A DNA stretch of 64,000 bases from Chamaesiphon sp. (lineage in GTDB: Bacteria; Cyanobacteriota; Cyanobacteriia; Cyanobacteriales; Chamaesiphonaceae), in assembly GCA_965246715.1 (NCBI GenBank), contig CBDFFH010000008.1:1-64000 (forward strand). Reading direction: 5' to 3'. Below, one piece after another: positions 9,250 through 20,047 of the stretch. The position numbers and the translations under genes are program-made. How positions within the stretch are numbered: the first letter of the stretch is position 1; each line of letters starts with the position of its first letter. Below the pieces are notes generated by a model. That model saw nothing but the letters and a program-made list of their open reading frames with translations. It searched no databases and was not told the origin of the DNA.

Positions 9250-10509
9250 ATGAATCTGTCTACATTAATCCTTGGTGCGTTAGCAGTTGGCATCCTGTTT
9301 GGTACGGTTTTAAATACCAACTTTCCAGCTGCGATTGCACCATTGGATCTATATTTATTGTCACCGATCGGGGCGGCATTCTTGCGAATCATTCAATTTG
9401 TGGTTGTCCCCTTGATCTTTTCTTCCCTAATTTTAGGTGTTACGAGAATCAAGGATGCAAGTCAAGTTGGTCGGTACGTAATGAAGTTGATGACTTGTTA
9501 TGTAGTCACGAGTTTTATCTCTTTATGCATCGGGATGATGGTTGCATTGACGTTACAACCTGGAGCTGGAATGACAGGTCTAGAGATACCTAGTTCGGCA
9601 CAGGAGATAGTCGCACCAAGTTCGATCGACTGGTTGTTGAGCTTGATTCCAGTCAATCCTTTAGCCGCACTAACTAGTGGTAATTTACTTCAAATTATTA
9701 TTTCAGCGGCTTTATTTGGGACGGGAGTTCAAATGGCGAAAGAGAAGGCTAAGCCATTTGTCGATTTATTAGAAAGTATTTACATTATTAGCGAAAAAGT
9801 TTTGTCGGTAATTTTATATGCCGCACCGATTGGGGTGTTTGCATTAATTAGTTCGACGATCGCCACGCAAGGTTTGGGATTAATTGTTAGGCTGATTTGG
9901 TATGTGGCGGGATTATGGATTGCAACGCTAATAATGATGATATTCTACGCGATCGTCCTAGCTTTACTCAAAGCCGAACCAGTTAAATTTTTCCGGAGTT
10001 TGATTCCATCTTTCTTTCTCGGATTTGGTACTGCTAGTTCTAATGCCGTTCTGCCTTTAGTCCTGCAAAATATGCAAGAAAATTATGGATTGCGATCGGA
10101 AATTGCTAGTTTTGCCTTACCTTTGGGCACGGCGCTAAAACGCGATGGTGCGACAATTCTCCAAGGATTTAATGCGATCTTTATCGCTCAAATCTATCAT
10201 ATTCCGCTCACACCATCGCTCTTATTTACGATCGGACTCAGCAGTTTATTAGTTTCCTTTAGTACTCCTGGGGTACCTGGCTCGGCATTAATTACGATGG
10301 CTACCGTGTTATCGGCGGCGGGATTGCCATTAGAAGGAATTGCCGTAGTGGCGGGAATCGATCGCTTGACTGATGGGTTCAAAACTGTCTTGAATGTGAT
10401 TGGGAATAGTTGCAACGCCATCTTACTCAGTCGCTGGGAAGCTGCACCAGTAGTACCAGCAGCAGAATTGGTAGTAGTACCCGTGAGAGAATCAGAAGTC
10501 CGAAGATAG
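9250..10509 (+). CDS. Dicarboxylate/amino acid:cation symporter (DAACS/GltP family)
   Basis: GFGTASSNAVLP, FALPLGTALKRDG, TPGVPG, IDRLTDGFKTVLNVIGN; multi-TM. Confidence 0.92.
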   Translation: MNLSTLILGALAVGILFGTVLNTNFPAAIAPLDLYLLSPIGAAFLRIIQFVVVPLIFSSLILGVTRIKDASQVGRYVMKLMTCYVVTSFISLCIGMMVALTLQPGAGMTGLEIPSSAQEIVAPSSIDWLLSLIPVNPLAALTSGNLLQIIISAALFGTGVQMAKEKAKPFVDLLESIYIISEKVLSVILYAAPIGVFALISSTIATQGLGLIVRLIWYVAGLWIATLIMMIFYAIVLALLKAEPVKFFRSLIPSFFLGFGTASSNAVLPLVLQNMQENYGLRSEIASFALPLGTALKRDGATILQGFNAIFIAQIYHIPLTPSLLFTIGLSSLLVSFSTPGVPGSALITMATVLSAAGLPLEGIAVVAGIDRLTDGFKTVLNVIGNSCNAILLSRWEAAPVVPAAELVVVPVRESEVRR

Positions 10510-10612
10510 GTAAGATAATCTGTCGGTCTCCCGAACGTTACTCAATTCCATTTATATTAATTTCAAATAATAACAATTTGTTCGAGAGCTATTAAAGTAG
10601 CAGATCGATCGG

Positions 10613-12123
10613 CAGGTTAAACGCATCAAAACTTGATATGAGGCGATCGAATTCAATAATACATACAACTTAAGCAGTATTTATGAACTAAATACATTTA
10701 CGACGAATTCAATTAGAACTGATGTATAGTATAAGGCAATATTTATTTAATTTAATGCAATATAAAGTAGTCGATCGAAGGAATAACTTAAATCGTCGAT
10801 ATATTATAGAAGTAATTTGATTTCAACCAATAGTTCGTAAATTATAAAATACCTTCTAAAATTTCAGCCAAGTATTTGTCATCTATACCTGCTAGAAATC
10901 TCTTGCTTTTCACACTTAATTTCCGACTTTTATTTTGACTAATTAAGTTAATAGCTATGTGCCGTAATACTGCAAAATTAGCTGGCGCATTATCTTTCCT
11001 AATTCGACTATAATCTTCTCTTAAAGAAACATCAAGTACCCAATGAAGTGAATTTTCTATCCCCCAATGACCTCTAATTGCTCCGGCGACTCTCTTGGCA
11101 TTATTAGCTAAACTACTAATAAAATAACGAGTCTCTATGGTGGTTTTATCCCCAATAGTTCTTACTGATTCAACCATCGCAATACTAGTCAATTTCATCC
11201 AGTTATGGGATGAATCTATTCGATCGGCAACATCTGATATCATTAAATAATTACGGATTTCTTCCCTACCCCCATTAATCTCCTTAGTCCTGAAATCACT
11301 CAGATTGAAACCTGCGCCACCAGTTGCAATAGCCTGTTTAAATAGCCTTTCTACTTGGTCGTATAAACTTGGTTGATTCTTTTTCACAGCAATTACATAA
11401 TCTGCATCTTTTTCAACAATTTTTTTTACTATTTCTCTTTGACATCCCATTGCATCAATGGTAACTATACATCCGGCTAAATCTAGAACTTTAATTAATT
11501 CAGGAAGTGCTGTGATTTCATTAGATTTGCCCTCAACCATTTTCTGTCCTAATACTAATCTATTAGTTACAGCCCATGCACTAACAGTATTTAGTACACC
11601 TTGTCCATTAGTATTATCTCCTGAATTTCGAGATTGTTTGCCGTCAAGTGCAATTATTTCTCCTGCTGTTATTTTAGATATTCCTTTAACCCAACTCAGG
11701 AAACTTTTTTGAAATTCTTCAGGATTAATTCGTGAAAATACCCTTCCAAATGTATCATGTGATGGAATACCATGCGGCAACTCTAAAAATTTACCTAGCC
11801 ATTCCTTCTTCGCCAAACCATAAATTTCTATATCTATCCATGTATCAGCTCCAGATACTACAGCACAAATGGTAATGGTGATGATATCAATTAATTTATG
11901 CTTTTTCCCGCGCTCTGTCCTGTAGTCTTCTACACTCTCGAAGTGTTCTATAATACTATATTTTGGCTTCAGCTTCATTTTAGTTAAATTAAATTTGTTA
12001 AATTCTAACATAGTTAATTAGCTCTAACTATTACCTAGCAGTAATTACAAGATTTCTAGATGCTATTTATTCATTCGATCGTCAAAGTTTTTAGTAATAA
12101 CAAATTTAAGTGCGTTTAACCTG
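10613..12123 (-). mobile_element. ISAs1-family insertion sequence, copy 1 (1,511 bp)
   Basis: Terminal IRs CAGGTTAAACGCA; 10-bp direct repeat GATCGATCGG at 10603-10612 and 12124-12133. Confidence 0.96.
10842..12011 (-). CDS. ISAs1-family DDE transposase
   Basis: PHGIPSHDTFGRVF, IALDGK, KSNEITA, TIDAMGCQ, HWGIENSLHWVLDV. Confidence 0.97.
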   Translation of the reverse strand: MLEFNKFNLTKMKLKPKYSIIEHFESVEDYRTERGKKHKLIDIITITICAVVSGADTWIDIEIYGLAKKEWLGKFLELPHGIPSHDTFGRVFSRINPEEFQKSFLSWVKGISKITAGEIIALDGKQSRNSGDNTNGQGVLNTVSAWAVTNRLVLGQKMVEGKSNEITALPELIKVLDLAGCIVTIDAMGCQREIVKKIVEKDADYVIAVKKNQPSLYDQVERLFKQAIATGGAGFNLSDFRTKEINGGREEIRNYLMISDVADRIDSSHNWMKLTSIAMVESVRTIGDKTTIETRYFISSLANNAKRVAGAIRGHWGIENSLHWVLDVSLREDYSRIRKDNAPANFAVLRHIAINLISQNKSRKLSVKSKRFLAGIDDKYLAEILEGIL

Positions 12124-12366
12124 GATCGATCGGTAGTCTTGCGATCGTCATTAGCTATTTGGTAATTTTCTCATTAGTAGCGAGCTAATCTCGATCTTTC
12201 CCAGTCAAGCGTCAGCCAGAGCCTCGAGCGATTAGATCCGTGACTAAAGATAGACTAGCTAAATCTCGATCGTGACTTTGGCTCGATGTGCGATTTATCT
12301 TAAAACGCATAATATAGGCACAAGAAGATTAAATCTTTCGCCAAGTACTACCACCCGATCCCGAAA

Positions 12367-13086
12367 ATGTTAACAACTAAATTAGTTAGTTTAGTGCCAA
12401 TTATTGCTTTAGTCATGGGTATTCCAACATTTGCCAGTAGCGCCCAAGCTAACCCTCATAACGGTTACGGACAAATCACCGCCGATCGCATGGGTAGACA
12501 GACAGATCTCAAGCTTACCCCCGAACAACAGGCTAAAAAAGAGCGATTACGTCAATCTGCTCGCACTCAAATCGAAGCAATTTTGACACCCGAACAACGT
12601 CAAAAATACCAACAAATTGAAGCGCAACATCAAGATAAGTCCGCTCGCAAAGATCGCCTAAACTTAACCGCAGAGCAAAAAACGCAGCTCCAAGCCATTC
12701 GGAAAGCGAATCGGGAGCAATTTCTCAGTGTCCTTACCCCCGCGCAACAAGCGCAACTCACACAAGGGGGCAACCGCGAGCGTGGTGGCTGGAAAAAACT
12801 CAACCTTACCACCGACCAAAAAGTAAAAATGAAGGCACTTAGAGCCACCAGTCGCGCCCAAATGGAGGCAATTCTAACACCCGCTCAACAACAGCAAGCT
12901 AAAGTATGGCAAGAAGGCGCTCGATCGAGACGCACTGCTTGGGCGAGTCTGAATTTAACTACAGAACAGAAGACTAAAATCGCCGCGATTCGTAAAGCTA
13001 GTCGGGAACAATTTCAGGCAACTTTGACCCCCGAACAGCAAGCCAAATTCAAAACCACTCGCCATCATCATCGCTCGGCAAACTAG
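12367..13086 (+). CDS. Spy/CpxP-like periplasmic protein with many LTxxQ repeats
   Basis: Signal peptide followed by repeated L(T/N)LTPEQ / ILTPEQ units. Confidence 0.85.
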   Translation: MLTTKLVSLVPIIALVMGIPTFASSAQANPHNGYGQITADRMGRQTDLKLTPEQQAKKERLRQSARTQIEAILTPEQRQKYQQIEAQHQDKSARKDRLNLTAEQKTQLQAIRKANREQFLSVLTPAQQAQLTQGGNRERGGWKKLNLTTDQKVKMKALRATSRAQMEAILTPAQQQQAKVWQEGARSRRTAWASLNLTTEQKTKIAAIRKASREQFQATLTPEQQAKFKTTRHHHRSAN

Positions 13087-13103
13087 TTCGGAGCGCAGCT
13101 CTG

Positions 13104-13165
13104 AGGGTACCCACAAGGGGCACCCCTACGGAAAATTATGTAGGGGTGCCCCTTGTGGGTACCCT
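13104..13165. repeat. REP-like perfect inverted repeat (26-bp arms)
   Basis: AGGGTACCCACAAGGGGCACCCCTAC-N10-GTAGGGGTGCCCCTTGTGGGTACCCT. Confidence 0.9.
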
Positions 13166-13307
13166 GGTTTTACCAAGTAATAGTATAGTTAAACTGGTAC
13201 AAGAGGTGAGGTCGATCGACTTTTAAATATATTTTACTTTAATTATTCGATCGTCCAAAAATGCAATTAAAAATTACGATCGCGATCTGAACAGCGGGAG
13301 CTAAATT

Positions 13308-13493
13308 ATGAACGGGCAAAAACTCGATCTGAGAAAAATTGATGCGATCGTCTTATCGATCGTACTATTAGTTATCGGTATTACTAGCTATAACTATTAC
13401 CAGTCAACTTCTGACGATCGCGACTCAACTTCATCATCGACGCTCATTCTTCATGTCGATCGATTAATATTGCTAAATCCACTAAATTATTAG
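13308..13493 (+). CDS. Small hypothetical single-TM protein
   Basis: GGGAG RBS-like sequence upstream; hydrophobic [12 protein letters not shown]. Confidence 0.45.
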   Translation: MNGQKLDLRKIDAIVLSIVLLVIGITSYNYYQSTSDDRDSTSSSTLILHVDRLILLNPLNY

Positions 13494-14743
13494 CTGAAAA
13501 TACTATCGAAAAACTCGATGGATTCTTGCAAGGATGCAACGAAGGCATCGATCTCTTCAAAAGTATTGTAGAAATATAAACTCGCGCGTGCAGTCGATTG
13601 AGCTTTGATAAAACGGTGCAGCGGTTGAGTGCAATGATGCCCCGCACGAATAGCGATTCCGGCTTGATCTAGCATCGTGGATAAGTCGTGAGGATGCACG
13701 TCCCCACAAGTAAACGAAGCTAGTGCAGCACGTTCTTTAGGTGGTTTTGGCCCATAGATTTTAACCAAGGGAATTTGCATCAACTTCTCAAAGAGATAAG
13801 TTGTCAATTCGCCTTCATAAGCATGAATTTTATCCATCCCAATATTAGTTAAATAGTCTACAGCAGCGCCTAATGCGATCGCTTCAGCAATTGCGGGCGT
13901 ACCTGCTTCAAACTTGTGTGGTAAATCTGCATAAGTTGCATTTTCCAGGAAAACATCGGCGATCATCTCTCCACCACCGAGAAAAGGTGGCATCGATCGC
14001 ATTAAATTTAACTTCCCATACAGGAAGCCAATCCCAGTCGGGCCACACATTTTATGTCCCGATGCTACCAACCAATCACAATCTAGATCTTGGACATCTA
14101 ACTGCATATGTGGGGCACTTTGGCAAGCATCAACTAATACCTTTGCACCGTATTGATGGGCGAGCGCAGCAATATCTTTGACGGGATTGATACAACCTAA
14201 TGTATTGGAAACATGCACGATCGATACTAGCTTAGTTTTATCATTTACTAGTGACTGATAGTGCCCAAAATCAAACTCTTCATCGGGTGTTAATTGGACA
14301 AATTTTAGTCTAGCACCTGTCTTCTGTGCTACTAATTGCCAGGGGATGAGATTGCTATGATGTTCCATCACCGTGAGGATGATTTCATCACCTCGTTGGA
14401 GATTGCTCAAGCCCCAGCTATAAGCAACAAGATTGATGGCTTCGGTGGCATTGCGAGTATAAACGATCTCTTGATGTGAAGCCGCATTCACAAATTTGGC
14501 GATCTTCTCGCGCGCGCCTTCATAGGCATCTGTCGCTTCCGAACTCAATGTATGTACACCGCGATGAACGTTGGAATTATAGTGGCTGTAATAGTGTTCT
14601 AGCGCGTGGATGACAGCATGTGGCTTTTGCGATGTTGCCGCGTTATCTAGATATACGAGCGGCTTGCTATGTACTTCGCGATGGAGGATAGGAAAATCTG
14701 CTCGTACCGTATCCGCCAGAGTTTTGGTTTGAATAAATGTCAT
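13490..14743 (-). CDS. sufS: Cysteine desulfurase SufS
   Basis: [34 protein letters not shown] at 14743 preferred to 14806. Confidence 0.96.
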   Translation of the reverse strand: MTFIQTKTLADTVRADFPILHREVHSKPLVYLDNAATSQKPHAVIHALEHYYSHYNSNVHRGVHTLSSEATDAYEGAREKIAKFVNAASHQEIVYTRNATEAINLVAYSWGLSNLQRGDEIILTVMEHHSNLIPWQLVAQKTGARLKFVQLTPDEEFDFGHYQSLVNDKTKLVSIVHVSNTLGCINPVKDIAALAHQYGAKVLVDACQSAPHMQLDVQDLDCDWLVASGHKMCGPTGIGFLYGKLNLMRSMPPFLGGGEMIADVFLENATYADLPHKFEAGTPAIAEAIALGAAVDYLTNIGMDKIHAYEGELTTYLFEKLMQIPLVKIYGPKPPKERAALASFTCGDVHPHDLSTMLDQAGIAIRAGHHCTQPLHRFIKAQSTARASLYFYNTFEEIDAFVASLQESIEFFDSIFS

Positions 14744-14819
14744 TTCTTCTGTGCTACCTGTAAGATTTTGAATCAGTCGTTGAATTCGGCTTCCTCTAGT
14801 CGTCATTACCTGTCAATTG

Positions 14820-16115
14820 TTAGTTCGCTTTGAAGGCTTTCACTGCGATTGCTAGTTTTTCACGTACTGAAGCAACGGGAATGCGATCGATAATCTCTAC
14901 AGCAAAAGCATTAATCAGTAATATTTTAGCTGTTTCTACATCCAAACCCCGACTCTGGAGATAAAAAATTTCGTCGTCTTCCAACTGGCTGACTGTCGCG
15001 CCGTGAGAGCATTTGACATTATCAGCGGTAATTTCTAGCTGAGGCTTCGTATCGATGCGGGCTGTCGATGACAAGATCAGATTCCGGTTTAATTGCCCTG
15101 CATTGGTTTGTTGCGCCGCTTGGGGGACGAATACCTTCCCGTTGAAGATAGCGTGGGCGCGATCGTCTACGATACACTTATGCAGTTGGTTGGTGATGCC
15201 GTGGGGTGCAGTCAGGGCGATAGTACTGTGCGTATCTGACTCCTGTTCACCGTTGACTATTGCCAACCCATTCAGGTGCGTTTCCGTCTGCGCGCCAACT
15301 TGGAATATCTCCCAGTTATGGCGGGAGAGTTTGGCTCCAAGATCGATCGCATTTCCAGTGTAACAACTATGTTGTGACTGCGAAACTGCGGTTTTCCCGA
15401 TGTGGATAGCTGTAATATCTTCGTCCTGGATGCGGGTATGGTTGAGTTTAGCTGTATCTCCCAGCCAGATTTCGGTGACGCTATTGGTGAAATAGGAATG
15501 GTGGGGAATCGACGTATGCAGGTATTCTTCAACAACTGTCGCACTACTGCCCATTTCCATCACGATCAGCGTGCGGGGTTGAATCGCCACTGTGGTATCG
15601 TCTACAGTCGCGATAAATAATAGGTGAATCGGTGTCTCGTGCGAGATATCTTGACTCAGCCAAACTACCGCAGCATCATTAATCCCCGCCGTATTAATCG
15701 CGGTGAAGACTTCTTCCCCCCCAGGCTGTTTGCCTAGATAATTATCGATCTTTAACCCAGCAGTAATAGCTGTGGCTAAATTCCCGACAAATACCCCATT
15801 GGGTAATTTGATGCTGGAATATTGAGCTGCGTAAATCCCGTTGACGAAGACGATACGGGTATCTGGAGCTTCAGGCAGAATTAAGCCATTGATATTTACA
15901 GGTGGAATCTGAGCGTTAGGCGCAGTAAACGCTTGAGTGAGGAGCGGCGCTAAGTCGGTGAAGCGCCATTCTTCGTTCTTGGTAGTAGGGATGGTTTCTT
16001 CTTGGAGATAGCCAATGGCTTGACTGCGAAGCGGTTGGAGTTGCGATATCGTCAACGGTGGAGTAAGCGTCAGCAGGTGGGTAAGAGTATCGCGGTTTTT
16101 AAGGGTTGGTGTCAT
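14820..16115 (-). CDS. sufD: Fe-S cluster assembly protein SufD
   Basis: EEWRFTDL, DTKPQLEITADNVKCSHGATV, FYLQSRG; ATG at 16115 (the upstream extension is repeat-derived). Confidence 0.95.
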   Translation of the reverse strand: MTPTLKNRDTLTHLLTLTPPLTISQLQPLRSQAIGYLQEETIPTTKNEEWRFTDLAPLLTQAFTAPNAQIPPVNINGLILPEAPDTRIVFVNGIYAAQYSSIKLPNGVFVGNLATAITAGLKIDNYLGKQPGGEEVFTAINTAGINDAAVVWLSQDISHETPIHLLFIATVDDTTVAIQPRTLIVMEMGSSATVVEEYLHTSIPHHSYFTNSVTEIWLGDTAKLNHTRIQDEDITAIHIGKTAVSQSQHSCYTGNAIDLGAKLSRHNWEIFQVGAQTETHLNGLAIVNGEQESDTHSTIALTAPHGITNQLHKCIVDDRAHAIFNGKVFVPQAAQQTNAGQLNRNLILSSTARIDTKPQLEITADNVKCSHGATVSQLEDDEIFYLQSRGLDVETAKILLINAFAVEIIDRIPVASVREKLAIAVKAFKAN

Positions 16116-16139
16116 TAGATTTTGGATTTTGAATATTAT

Positions 16140-16230
16140 TCCCCTCCTCGGAGCGGAAAGTGCGGTCTTGGGGTTTCCCCAAGTAGAGCACCTTTTCAAG
16201 ACAGGGGTTCCCGATAGGGCGGGGTGGGTT
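16140..16230. repeat. Nested cyanobacterial palindromic repeats between sufC and sufD
   Basis: TCCCCTCCTCGGAG...GGGGTGGGTT frame enclosing GCGGTCTTGGGGTTTCCCCAAGTAGAGCA hairpin. Confidence 0.55.
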
Positions 16231-16241
16231 CCGGATCTTTG

Positions 16242-17024
16242 TTACACACTAGCTGGCTCACTCTCTGTCACCCAGTCATAACCTTTAGCTTCTAGTTCCA
16301 GCGCGAGTTCCTTCCCACCGCTAGTCAAAATCTGACCGTTCGACATCACATGTACGAAGTCGGGGATGATGTAGTCGAGCAACCGTTGGTAGTGGGTAAT
16401 TACCAGCATCGCGTTATCTTGATTGGCAAGTTGGTTGACTCCATTAGCCACAATCTTGAGCGCGTCGATGTCCAAACCAGAGTCGGTTTCATCGAGAATG
16501 GCCAAGCTCGGTTCGAGGATCGCCATTTGCAGGATTTCATTCCGCTTTTTCTCACCACCAGAGAAGCCTTCATTAACACTGCGGCTGAGGAAGGCAGGAT
16601 TCATCTTGACGACATCTAGTTTGGTTTGAATCAAGTCGTCGAAATCAAATACATCTAATTCAGGCAAGCCGAGGTGCTTTTGGCGGGAGTTGTAGGCGAC
16701 GCGGAGGAAGTCAAGATTGCTGACCCCAGGGATTTCTAGGGGGTATTGGAACGCCAGGAAGACCCCAGAGCGCGCTCGATCTTGTGGCTCTAAGTCAAAT
16801 AAGTTTTGCCCTTTGAAAGTGACTTCGCCACCCGTAACGGTATAGGCGGGATGTCCGGCAAGGACTTTGGAAAATGTGCTTTTACCAGAGCCATTTGGCC
16901 CCATGATGGCATGGATTTCACCAGCTTTGATTTCGAGGTTCAAGCCTTTAAGGATGGGCGTACCATCGACTTCAGCGGTGAGATTTTTGACGGAGAGAAT
17001 TGTTTCGCTGTTAGGATTAATCAT
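16242..17024 (-). CDS. sufC: Fe-S cluster assembly ATPase SufC
   Basis: [41 protein letters not shown]. Confidence 0.97.
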   Translation of the reverse strand: MINPNSETILSVKNLTAEVDGTPILKGLNLEIKAGEIHAIMGPNGSGKSTFSKVLAGHPAYTVTGGEVTFKGQNLFDLEPQDRARSGVFLAFQYPLEIPGVSNLDFLRVAYNSRQKHLGLPELDVFDFDDLIQTKLDVVKMNPAFLSRSVNEGFSGGEKKRNEILQMAILEPSLAILDETDSGLDIDALKIVANGVNQLANQDNAMLVITHYQRLLDYIIPDFVHVMSNGQILTSGGKELALELEAKGYDWVTESEPASV

Positions 17025-17097
17025 TTTAATTTATACTGTTTTTTGAACCGAAAAGGCGATGAATGTGCAAAAAAGAAAATTAATTTAGAATTTAATT

Positions 17098-17745
17098 TTA
17101 AGCATAGGCTGTCACCATTACATAGTCTAACCTTTCATCGCGATCGCGATGTTCGATCGACACTCCAGAGAATCCAGCTCCACTCAGTAAATCTTTGACA
17201 GCTTCAGGCGCATACAATATAAAGTTATACTGAGTAACTGGAAAATCTTTCATCTTGTCATCCGATCGAATCCCAATTACTAACCTACCACCACTTTTCA
17301 ACACCCGCTTAATCTCCTGCAAACCAGCTAAGGGATCTGGCCAAAAATAAATAGTATTAACAGTACAAATTTTATCGAAGGTACTATCATCGAATGGTAG
17401 TTGCTGGACATCGGCAAATTCGATCGATACTTTGCCAGCCGCGATCGCATCTTTAAACCGATGCTTACCCTGCTCGACCATTACTTCAGAGAAATCAACA
17501 CCATAGATTTTACCAGTATCGATCGTGTTTAACATTTTCTCGATCGTCACTCCACCACCAAAGCCGATATCTAACACTCGATCTGTCGGCTGAAGCTCTA
17601 ACATTTCAACGGCAAGATTATTCATTTTCTCATTATGCTGATTGAGAAAATCGCCCATCACAATTTTACCAAATAGTCCAGATGGTTGACGGAGCTGAGC
17701 TGCTAGAAATTTTTTGGGGATGAAGGGGAAGATAATCGCTCGCAT
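17098..17745 (-). CDS. Class I SAM-dependent methyltransferase
   Basis: VLDIGFGGG, GVDFS, LPFDDSTFDKI, RVLKSGGRL. Confidence 0.88.
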   Translation of the reverse strand: MRAIIFPFIPKKFLAAQLRQPSGLFGKIVMGDFLNQHNEKMNNLAVEMLELQPTDRVLDIGFGGGVTIEKMLNTIDTGKIYGVDFSEVMVEQGKHRFKDAIAAGKVSIEFADVQQLPFDDSTFDKICTVNTIYFWPDPLAGLQEIKRVLKSGGRLVIGIRSDDKMKDFPVTQYNFILYAPEAVKDLLSGAGFSGVSIEHRDRDERLDYVMVTAYA

Positions 17746-17761
17746 ATTAATTATATTTTAT

Positions 17762-18355
17762 TTAAGCTACGCTACTTTCGGCTTCTGATATAAATTCAAT
17801 ACCTTCATAAATTCGCTCGATCGGGAAAGTTAAATTGATACTTTTAAGATCGATCGTATCCCCTGCTTGATAATTGATAATTTCCCAACTGCCACTTTCA
17901 GTCTTGTGGTAGAGATCTATCTCGATCTTCTCGGAGCTAACCAAGACATAATCTTGTAAAATCGGGTTTTGGCGGTACATCCTAAACTTACCACCTCTGT
18001 CATAAGCTTCAGTGCTATCCGACAATACCTCAACAATTAGGCATGGATAAGTGATGTATTTAGTGGTAGTCTTGTCTCGATCGTCGCAAGTAACACTTAG
18101 ATCGGGATATGTGTAATTATTAGATTCAACAATATTAACTCTACAATCAGAATTAAGAGTTTTGCAGCCGCTACCACTAAGGTGATTATCTAATAAAGAA
18201 ATAAACTTAACAGCAATTTGGCTATGATTGACTGTTCCACCAGTCATAGCATAGACTTCACCATCAATTAATTCATGTTTTTCTAATTGTTGCTCCTCCC
18301 ACGCAAAATATTCTTCGGGAGTAAATCTTGGTGAATTGTCTTTTACGGCAACCAT
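17762..18355 (-). CDS. Uma2-family (DUF820) endonuclease-like protein
   Basis: HELIDGEVYAMTGG, YPDLSVTCD, PCLIVEVLSDST...DRGGKF. Confidence 0.92.
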   Translation of the reverse strand: MVAVKDNSPRFTPEEYFAWEEQQLEKHELIDGEVYAMTGGTVNHSQIAVKFISLLDNHLSGSGCKTLNSDCRVNIVESNNYTYPDLSVTCDDRDKTTTKYITYPCLIVEVLSDSTEAYDRGGKFRMYRQNPILQDYVLVSSEKIEIDLYHKTESGSWEIINYQAGDTIDLKSINLTFPIERIYEGIEFISEAESSVA

Positions 18356-18436
18356 AATAATCACAACTATTTTTGTAGGGTGGGTACTGACCACATTTAG
18401 GTTTCGATCGAATTTAATTATTTGAAAAATTGATAA

Positions 18437-18817
18437 TTAGATACTGTCTATAATAATTGGCAATAGCCGTGTTCTAATTTTTCGATCGGAGCGAATTGTA
18501 ATCATAACCCCATTAATTAGCATCTCTTTGTATTCGTTTAATATAGGCATAATTATTTCCACATATTCTAATGCTCGTAAATTCACAACACGAATCCAGA
18601 TTACAGAAGGAGAAGGTGCTGAAGTCAGTGCGATCGAGGCATGATAGTCTGCATCGAGAGTAATGATGATTCGGTCGTCAGCTTGAGCTAGCTCAATAAT
18701 CGTCAAATCGTCAGCTCTAGACAAGCCAACCTCAGAAACATGAACTGCATCAATCCCTTGTCCTCTTAGTAACTCTGCTATCAGAGGTGGTAATCCCTGG
18801 TCAAGCAAAAGTTTCAT
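18437..18817 (-). CDS. DUF5615/VapC45-like PIN-domain toxin
   Basis: MKLLLDQGLP, DAVHV, DDRIIITLDADY. Confidence 0.88.
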   Translation of the reverse strand: MKLLLDQGLPPLIAELLRGQGIDAVHVSEVGLSRADDLTIIELAQADDRIIITLDADYHASIALTSAPSPSVIWIRVVNLRALEYVEIIMPILNEYKEMLINGVMITIRSDRKIRTRLLPIIIDSI

Positions 18818-19388
18818 GAGCAATTGAATTAGTAACAACTGAAGCTTTTGCTGGATCTTTTGAATTGAGATCGGCGTAGATAATGGCTTGCTTGATATCC
18901 TCTTCGGTTAGTTCGGGAAATTCTCGATATAGTTCCGATCGATCTGGATAAGTTTGCAGTAGTTCAATTACTCTCCACACTGTTAATCTTAGATCTCGAA
19001 TGCAGGGTTGTCCATTCATTTTGTTGGGATCGATCATGATTCGATCGAGCGATGGTAGAACACTATTTACTAAGCTCGTTCTGATTTTGGCATTTTTCAA
19101 TATCTCGATGCAATATTCATATACATACGCAGAAGTTAAATGACTACTTTCAGCTAAATCTGTTTTGTATTTGTGCTGAATGTAATTTTCACATTCCTCT
19201 AATATATTTCTGTCATTATTTGCTGCAACCAGTATCATTTCAACATGCTCTTCCATCTCATCAAGCTCTCGATTAGAGTTTTCGATGGCTTGAGAACACT
19301 CTTTGATTTTTGCATCGATGATATACTCTAGGTCTTTAATTACTAATTTCTTCCTGTTTAAATATAAAAGTCTCTGGGTGTTTGTCAT
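18801..19388 (-). CDS. DUF433 (VapB45-like) antitoxin with ~110-aa N-terminal extension
   Basis: C-terminal DRIMIDPNKMNGQPCIRDLRLTV...FPELTEEDIKQAIIYA; overlaps the toxin start. Confidence 0.82.
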   Translation of the reverse strand: MTNTQRLLYLNRKKLVIKDLEYIIDAKIKECSQAIENSNRELDEMEEHVEMILVAANNDRNILEECENYIQHKYKTDLAESSHLTSAYVYEYCIEILKNAKIRTSLVNSVLPSLDRIMIDPNKMNGQPCIRDLRLTVWRVIELLQTYPDRSELYREFPELTEEDIKQAIIYADLNSKDPAKASVVTNSIAHETFA

Positions 19389-19412
19389 GTGTCACAATAC
19401 CTCTGAATTTTC

Positions 19413-19481
19413 AGGGTGGGCACTGCCCACGAATTAAACTATGTATCAATATTGGTGATTGGTGGGCAGTGCCCACCCTAC
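19413..19481. repeat. REP-like inverted pair (GTAGGGTGGGCACTGCCCAC family)
   Basis: AGGGTGGGCACTGCCCAC ... GTGGGCAGTGCCCACCCTAC; degenerate copies near 18375 and 55752. Confidence 0.85.
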
Positions 19482-19684
19482 AAAACTAAAATTGGCGAAA
19501 CAAGCAGTTCCGATCTGGCTTTTTCTGCGCCAGTTTCACGAGCCAATGGCAAGGTGATATTTAAAAACTGTTCTAACATCAAGCTAGGAGAAATCGGCTC
19601 AATATTTGGTAAAAAGTGACCTGTCTGCAAGTTTAGATTGAATTTGGATTCCACCTCTTCAATTGTGAAGGTACTATAGGGCAT
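19478..19684 (-). pseudogene. Truncated cyanobacterial MxYSxFT-type protein (N-terminal fragment)
   Basis: MPYSTFTIEEV...EKARSELLVSPIL, then a stop codon supplied by the REP-like palindrome; recalled relatives are much longer. Confidence 0.55.
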
Positions 19685-19720
19685 AACATTATTGATGATT
19701 GTTGGGCAGTAACTGCTCTA

Positions 19721-20047
19721 CTATCCAAAGTTTACTATAGCGTCATCTCTTTTAAATACAAGATCTAGAGTATTAATTACAAATTTCGATCTTTCATGTA
19801 TCTCATTTCTACCTTCACTATCTAGATTTCTATCAGCCCATATCATCATCTGCCGTATTTCTTGCTTTAAAATCTTCCACGTTTCCTTGTCAACATCTAA
19901 GCCCTCTAAATAGGGCATCAATTCTAGATCGAGATTATCAGATCCTTTTAGCCAAAACCTGTAATAATTTGCCTGAGTTGAAAATGGAATATAAAACTTA
20001 CTTTCTTCGTCGTTAATCGGGTTGTCAATGGTAACGGCAATAGACAT
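19721..20047 (-). CDS. Hypothetical protein, possibly immunity-protein-like
   Basis: 108-aa AT-rich ORF, co-oriented right after sufB. Confidence 0.6.
   Translation of the reverse strand: MSIAVTIDNPINDEESKFYIPFSTQANYYRFWLKGSDNLDLELMPYLEGLDVDKETWKILKQEIRQMMIWADRNLDSEGRNEIHERSKFVINTLDLVFKRDDAIVNFG

Noticed and set aside
16116..16199. 28-aa N-terminal extension of SufD
   Set aside because: It derives from the intergenic palindromic repeat; the ATG at 16115 is more plausible
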